Assembly: GCA_051294375.1 (NCBI GenBank)
Contig: CM119269.1
Coordinates: forward strand, 12,006,896-12,070,895
Length of the DNA stretch: 64,000 bases
Source: Paraspadella gotoi
Taxonomy: Eukaryota; Animalia; Chaetognatha
Reading direction: 5' to 3'
Numbering within the stretch: position 1 is the first letter of the stretch; each line of letters starts with the position of its first letter. Under the pieces are notes generated by a model, which was given only the letters and a program-made list of their open reading frames with translations, made no database searches and was not told the DNA's origin. The position numbers and the translations under genes were made by a program. This document shows, one piece after another, positions 1 to 64,000 of this stretch.

Positions 1-2895
1 TCCTTAACCCTGACAATTATGCGTAACCTTAAACCACTATCCTTAACCCTAATCCCTGACCAGTGACCAACTCCCTAACCAAACCCCTCACCTCACTCTC
101 ACCTCTGATCTAATCTTTAAATTTAAAATCTGACCCAATACTGATATTAAGCATAAATGGGACGCTTTAGTAATATACTATCTAGGAAAAACTATGCTCT
201 TATACAGCAAATTGAGGTGTGACAGTGAAATGTTTTTCGGCATCTTTAACACAATTCTTTTTACCCTCGATGTTGATGTTGAGCATCTTTCCCTCTTTTC
301 TGAGAGCTATAATAACATTTTTTTGAAGCAGAAATGGTGGAAAACTAAATATAATTTTTTTGCTATTTTTCATTTGAAGTAACAATATTTTTTTGCCTGT
401 AACTTCTAAACGATTTGATCTACAAAAAAAATAAAAGAAAGCTACTAAAAAGAAATTCAATGTAGATTCGGAATTTTTTAAATTTGATTTTAAATCAAAT
501 AAGTTTTTGAGTAGATATCTTTTATTAAAAATGTGATATACTTTTAGATAGTATGTCGAAAAAGTTGGTACCTGTCAAAAACATGCTGTTGGTAAGAGTT
601 GATTTCCCGAGTCCAGATTCGCCAACGACCATGAGAGTGAAATCGAAGCCGCGTTTCACCGATTTGCGATGAATCTATTATGAATTCATGCTGTGAGATA
701 TGCATAGCAGATATTTTTGTACGAGAACTTGCTAAGTTTTAAAACGATGTTCAAGTTTAGGAAAAGGTGACTTTTTTCTTTATTTCTTTCGGTCTAGTTA
801 GTTCATTTATTTATTTATTTATTTATTGATTTATATATATATATTTATTTATTGTTTCTTTGTTTTCTTTGTTTTCTTTATTTTTTCTTCTTTATTTATT
901 TTTTCTTTCTTTCTGTACTTATTTTTTTCTTTCTTTCTTTTCTTTCTTTCTTTTATTTATTTCCTTATTTCTTTCCCTATTTCTTTTCTTTCTTTTCTTT
1001 ATTTCTTTCCATTTTTCTTTCCGTCCCATTCACCTGTTCAGGGAGGGTGGCGAATCCGATCCCAATGCCCGACGATGCGTCGCCCTCCTCTCTACTTCCG
1101 GCATCCAATCTGTCCGCGGATCTTTCGCGACTGAACCTGTCATAAATTATAGACATTATGAGTGATCAAATGACTGATAATTGATGAATCGCAGGTTAAT
1201 TTAATGACAGCCATAGTGAATGATAAAAAAAGATAACACGACTGATAAATGACAGCCAAAATAACAACAGTTTATTGTCAAACCAAAATTTTTTGTCACT
1301 GTTAAAAACAATCTATATTTAATGATAACACCGTTAGAAAAGAAAACTAAATTAAATTCATCGCCAAAAAATACGAAAAAAAAACCGTTCGATTCCAAAG
1401 CTAATTTTGTGTTGAGGCCGCATATTTGCCTTTGTTTTTAATTTTTAAGTCATAATTTTAACCCGCAGATAAGTTTAATGTTTCATTGTTTTGTTAAAAC
1501 ATTACATCAGGATTTTACGAAACGATTTAGATAGCAGACAAGGCGAAAACAAAGGACTGAATTTTTTTTGACGATTGAAGCGGTTGACGTAAACTGAATA
1601 ACATCAAACAATGTATATTGTAAAATGTCTTCAGATAATACCTGGTGCTGGCCGTTGGAGTTCCGTAGCTCCTAGCGTCTCTCAATGACTCGCTACTTCT
1701 CAAGTGGCTCCTCGAATAAGACGACGATGACGACGACATAATTCGTGAGCGGAATTAAAAAAATCTGATCACGTCGAAGGAATATTTTCGATGTCTCTCT
1801 CTCTCTATCGTTTCCTATTAAGTTAGGGGTTCGACAGAAACGTCTTGCGATCCCTCAATCTCTCACTCGCTTCGTAGGAATCCAGGATATTTTTCAACAT
1901 TAAACAGGCGAAAATTGGCGAATCGGTTGAGTTTTACGCCTTACGAAAATATTTACTCGAAAAGTGTTAGGCGAAGCATAAGTTTTTTTCTTTCTTAATC
2001 GCCGATCGAAAAAAAAAAATGAAATTTGTCAGTCAAGAGTCGAAAAAAAATGTCCTTATGAGAAACTTTACTTTTTTCAATTTTGATAGAAAGAACTCGT
2101 TTGGTTACACTTGGCTGCCACGAAATAATATGAATCTGGTTTTGTTTTAGATTCGCGAAATGAGAAATGGGTGAGCTTTCTTTCTTTGGTTCAAGATTTT
2201 TCGGGATAAAAAAAAATCATTGAATTCGATCAGATATATTTTCTTTTTCTTTTTCAGTTCAACTTCTTTTTTTAATCGAGATTTTTTTCTTCTTTCAGAT
2301 TTGAACAAATTTGTTCAGCGGATTTTATGTAACTGGCGAAATTTATAGAGCGACGGATAGAAAGAGGAAATTTTGCCTTGTCAGTCTTTCTATTCAAAAT
2401 TTAAAATATTATATAACAAATCTTTTTAGCGAAGCTCATTTTTAAAACCAAGCTTTGAGAGTAAAACAACGCGCTGTTTGTAGTAAAGCTTTCTCTCTCG
2501 CGCAGAGAGCGTGTTTGTCATGAAGCTTTCCTCTACCGCGGCTGCTGCTGCTCCTATAGCGGCGGCGGCGCCCGACGCTGCCGACGAAGCCACTATCCTA
2601 TCCTCTTCCTCTTCCTCCTTACCTTTAAAACTAGAGAGCTCCTCCTCTTCCGCCACTCGGATCTTCTGGTATGGGCAATGCGCGTGTTTTGATAAAAATC
2701 CGACCGAATATTTGCGATAGTAAAAATGAGGAAACCAATTTCGCGTGCTCTCAAATAATGGTTGTACCAATTTCATAATTTTTATGTCCGAGTTAGGCAA
2801 GGGAAATATATGCATATCATAGATAAACATTGTCTAATTTCCGGGTTCATCTATTCTTGGGCCAAAAAAGCTCTGACTATCATTGGTTGCGCACG

Positions 2896-2937
<42 letters not shown>

Positions 2938-2940
2938 TCT

Positions 2941-2976
<36 letters not shown>

Positions 2977-3036
2977 AGAGCTTTTCTTGTGTAATTAGAG
3001 TCGAAACCCCCGTCTCTCTCTCTCTCTCTCTCTCTC

Positions 3037-3118
<82 letters not shown>
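2896..3118. repeat. (CT)n microsatellite tracts
   Basis: Direct inspection. Confidence 0.95.
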
Positions 3119-3120
<2 letters not shown>

Positions 3121-3687
3121 GTTGCCACGTGACTTTCGCGTGCGACGCGATGCAAATCGTTGCACCGGCATAAGACGATGATGACGTGTCCTCGTCGTCG
3201 TGGTTGTTGTTATTGTTGTTGTTGTTTTAGTTTAATAAATTCACGAGTAGAGCGGAGAAAAAAGTTGGGGAGAAAAACAAAAGAACAAACAATATTATTT
3301 GTATTTATAAAACTTGGCAGTAGTAATTACAGAGCCTTTCCAGAATAAATACATATAAATCCTATTTAAACTTAACTCAATAATTAAAAATTAATACCTT
3401 AAAGAATGTCCTGTTTAATTAATTATAAAGTTATTAAAGTTATTAAAGTCTTGATTGAAAGCTTGCAGAAACCTGCTATGTTATTATCTTGTAAGTGTGA
3501 TGGAGGCCTTAAACCACCAAAGCCTGTCCAAAGTCAGGGACAAGATAGCTTATTTATTAAATGAATGGATAATTTTTATATTGGTTGTACCAATTTCATT
3601 ATAAAGTTCTCCTTTTTTGATGTTCATTTGTTTACGATGCCATCTATAAAAATTTCATTTAATCAAATTCTTAATTTTAATTTTTAG

Positions 3688-63903
<60,216 letters not shown>

Positions 63904-64000
63904 ATGGTTGACTCACTGATTGCTTTATTAAATTTTTTCATTGGTTTTTTGAATAAATTGATTTGATATAGATTTACCTAATTAACGATCTAATTAACTT

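Noticed and set aside
1-110. Telomere or interstitial telomere (also 27500-27700 and 43098-43180)
   Set aside because: Only scattered degenerate TTAGGG/CCCTAA words, not a true array; probably parts of dispersed repeats.
826-1165. Phe/Leu/Ser-rich ORFs here and near 14.5, 26.6, 28, 37.1, 48.5 and 49.6 kb
   Set aside because: They are translations of T-rich or (CT)/(GA) low-complexity intron sequence; the ORFs at 3970-4916 and 27241-27637 are N-gap artefacts.

Overview
AT-rich, intron-rich invertebrate-type animal genomic DNA; I cannot identify the species. It is a gap-filled draft with indel errors and several kb-scale duplicated or inverted segments abutting 25-N gaps. Most of the window (about 3.7-63.9 kb, + strand) is one large class IX myosin gene: partial motor with the class IX loop-2 insert, 3 IQ motifs, long tail, C1 domain, RhoGAP and C-terminal coiled coil. 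Its 5' exons (RA domain, P-loop, switch I) were not found. The introns hold a small, apparently secreted-protein gene, a 5'-truncated Penelope-like element with hammerhead ribozymes nested in a TTAA-flanked DNA transposon, other TIR elements, tandem repeats and a dispersed ~160-bp repeat. The main discovery is a family of tiny non-coding LTR elements whose LTRs carry a circularly permuted (type-P5) twister ribozyme motif. There is one complete 654-bp LTR-internal-PPT-LTR copy, two solo LTRs, and a probable solo LTR of a second, divergent family, all with 4-bp target duplications. The fold is supported by compensatory base changes between the two families, making these candidate 'twister retrozymes'. 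One solo LTR also captured what looks like a tRNA-Lys(CCA)-primed strong-stop cDNA. All calls are by eye; no searches or folding programs were run.
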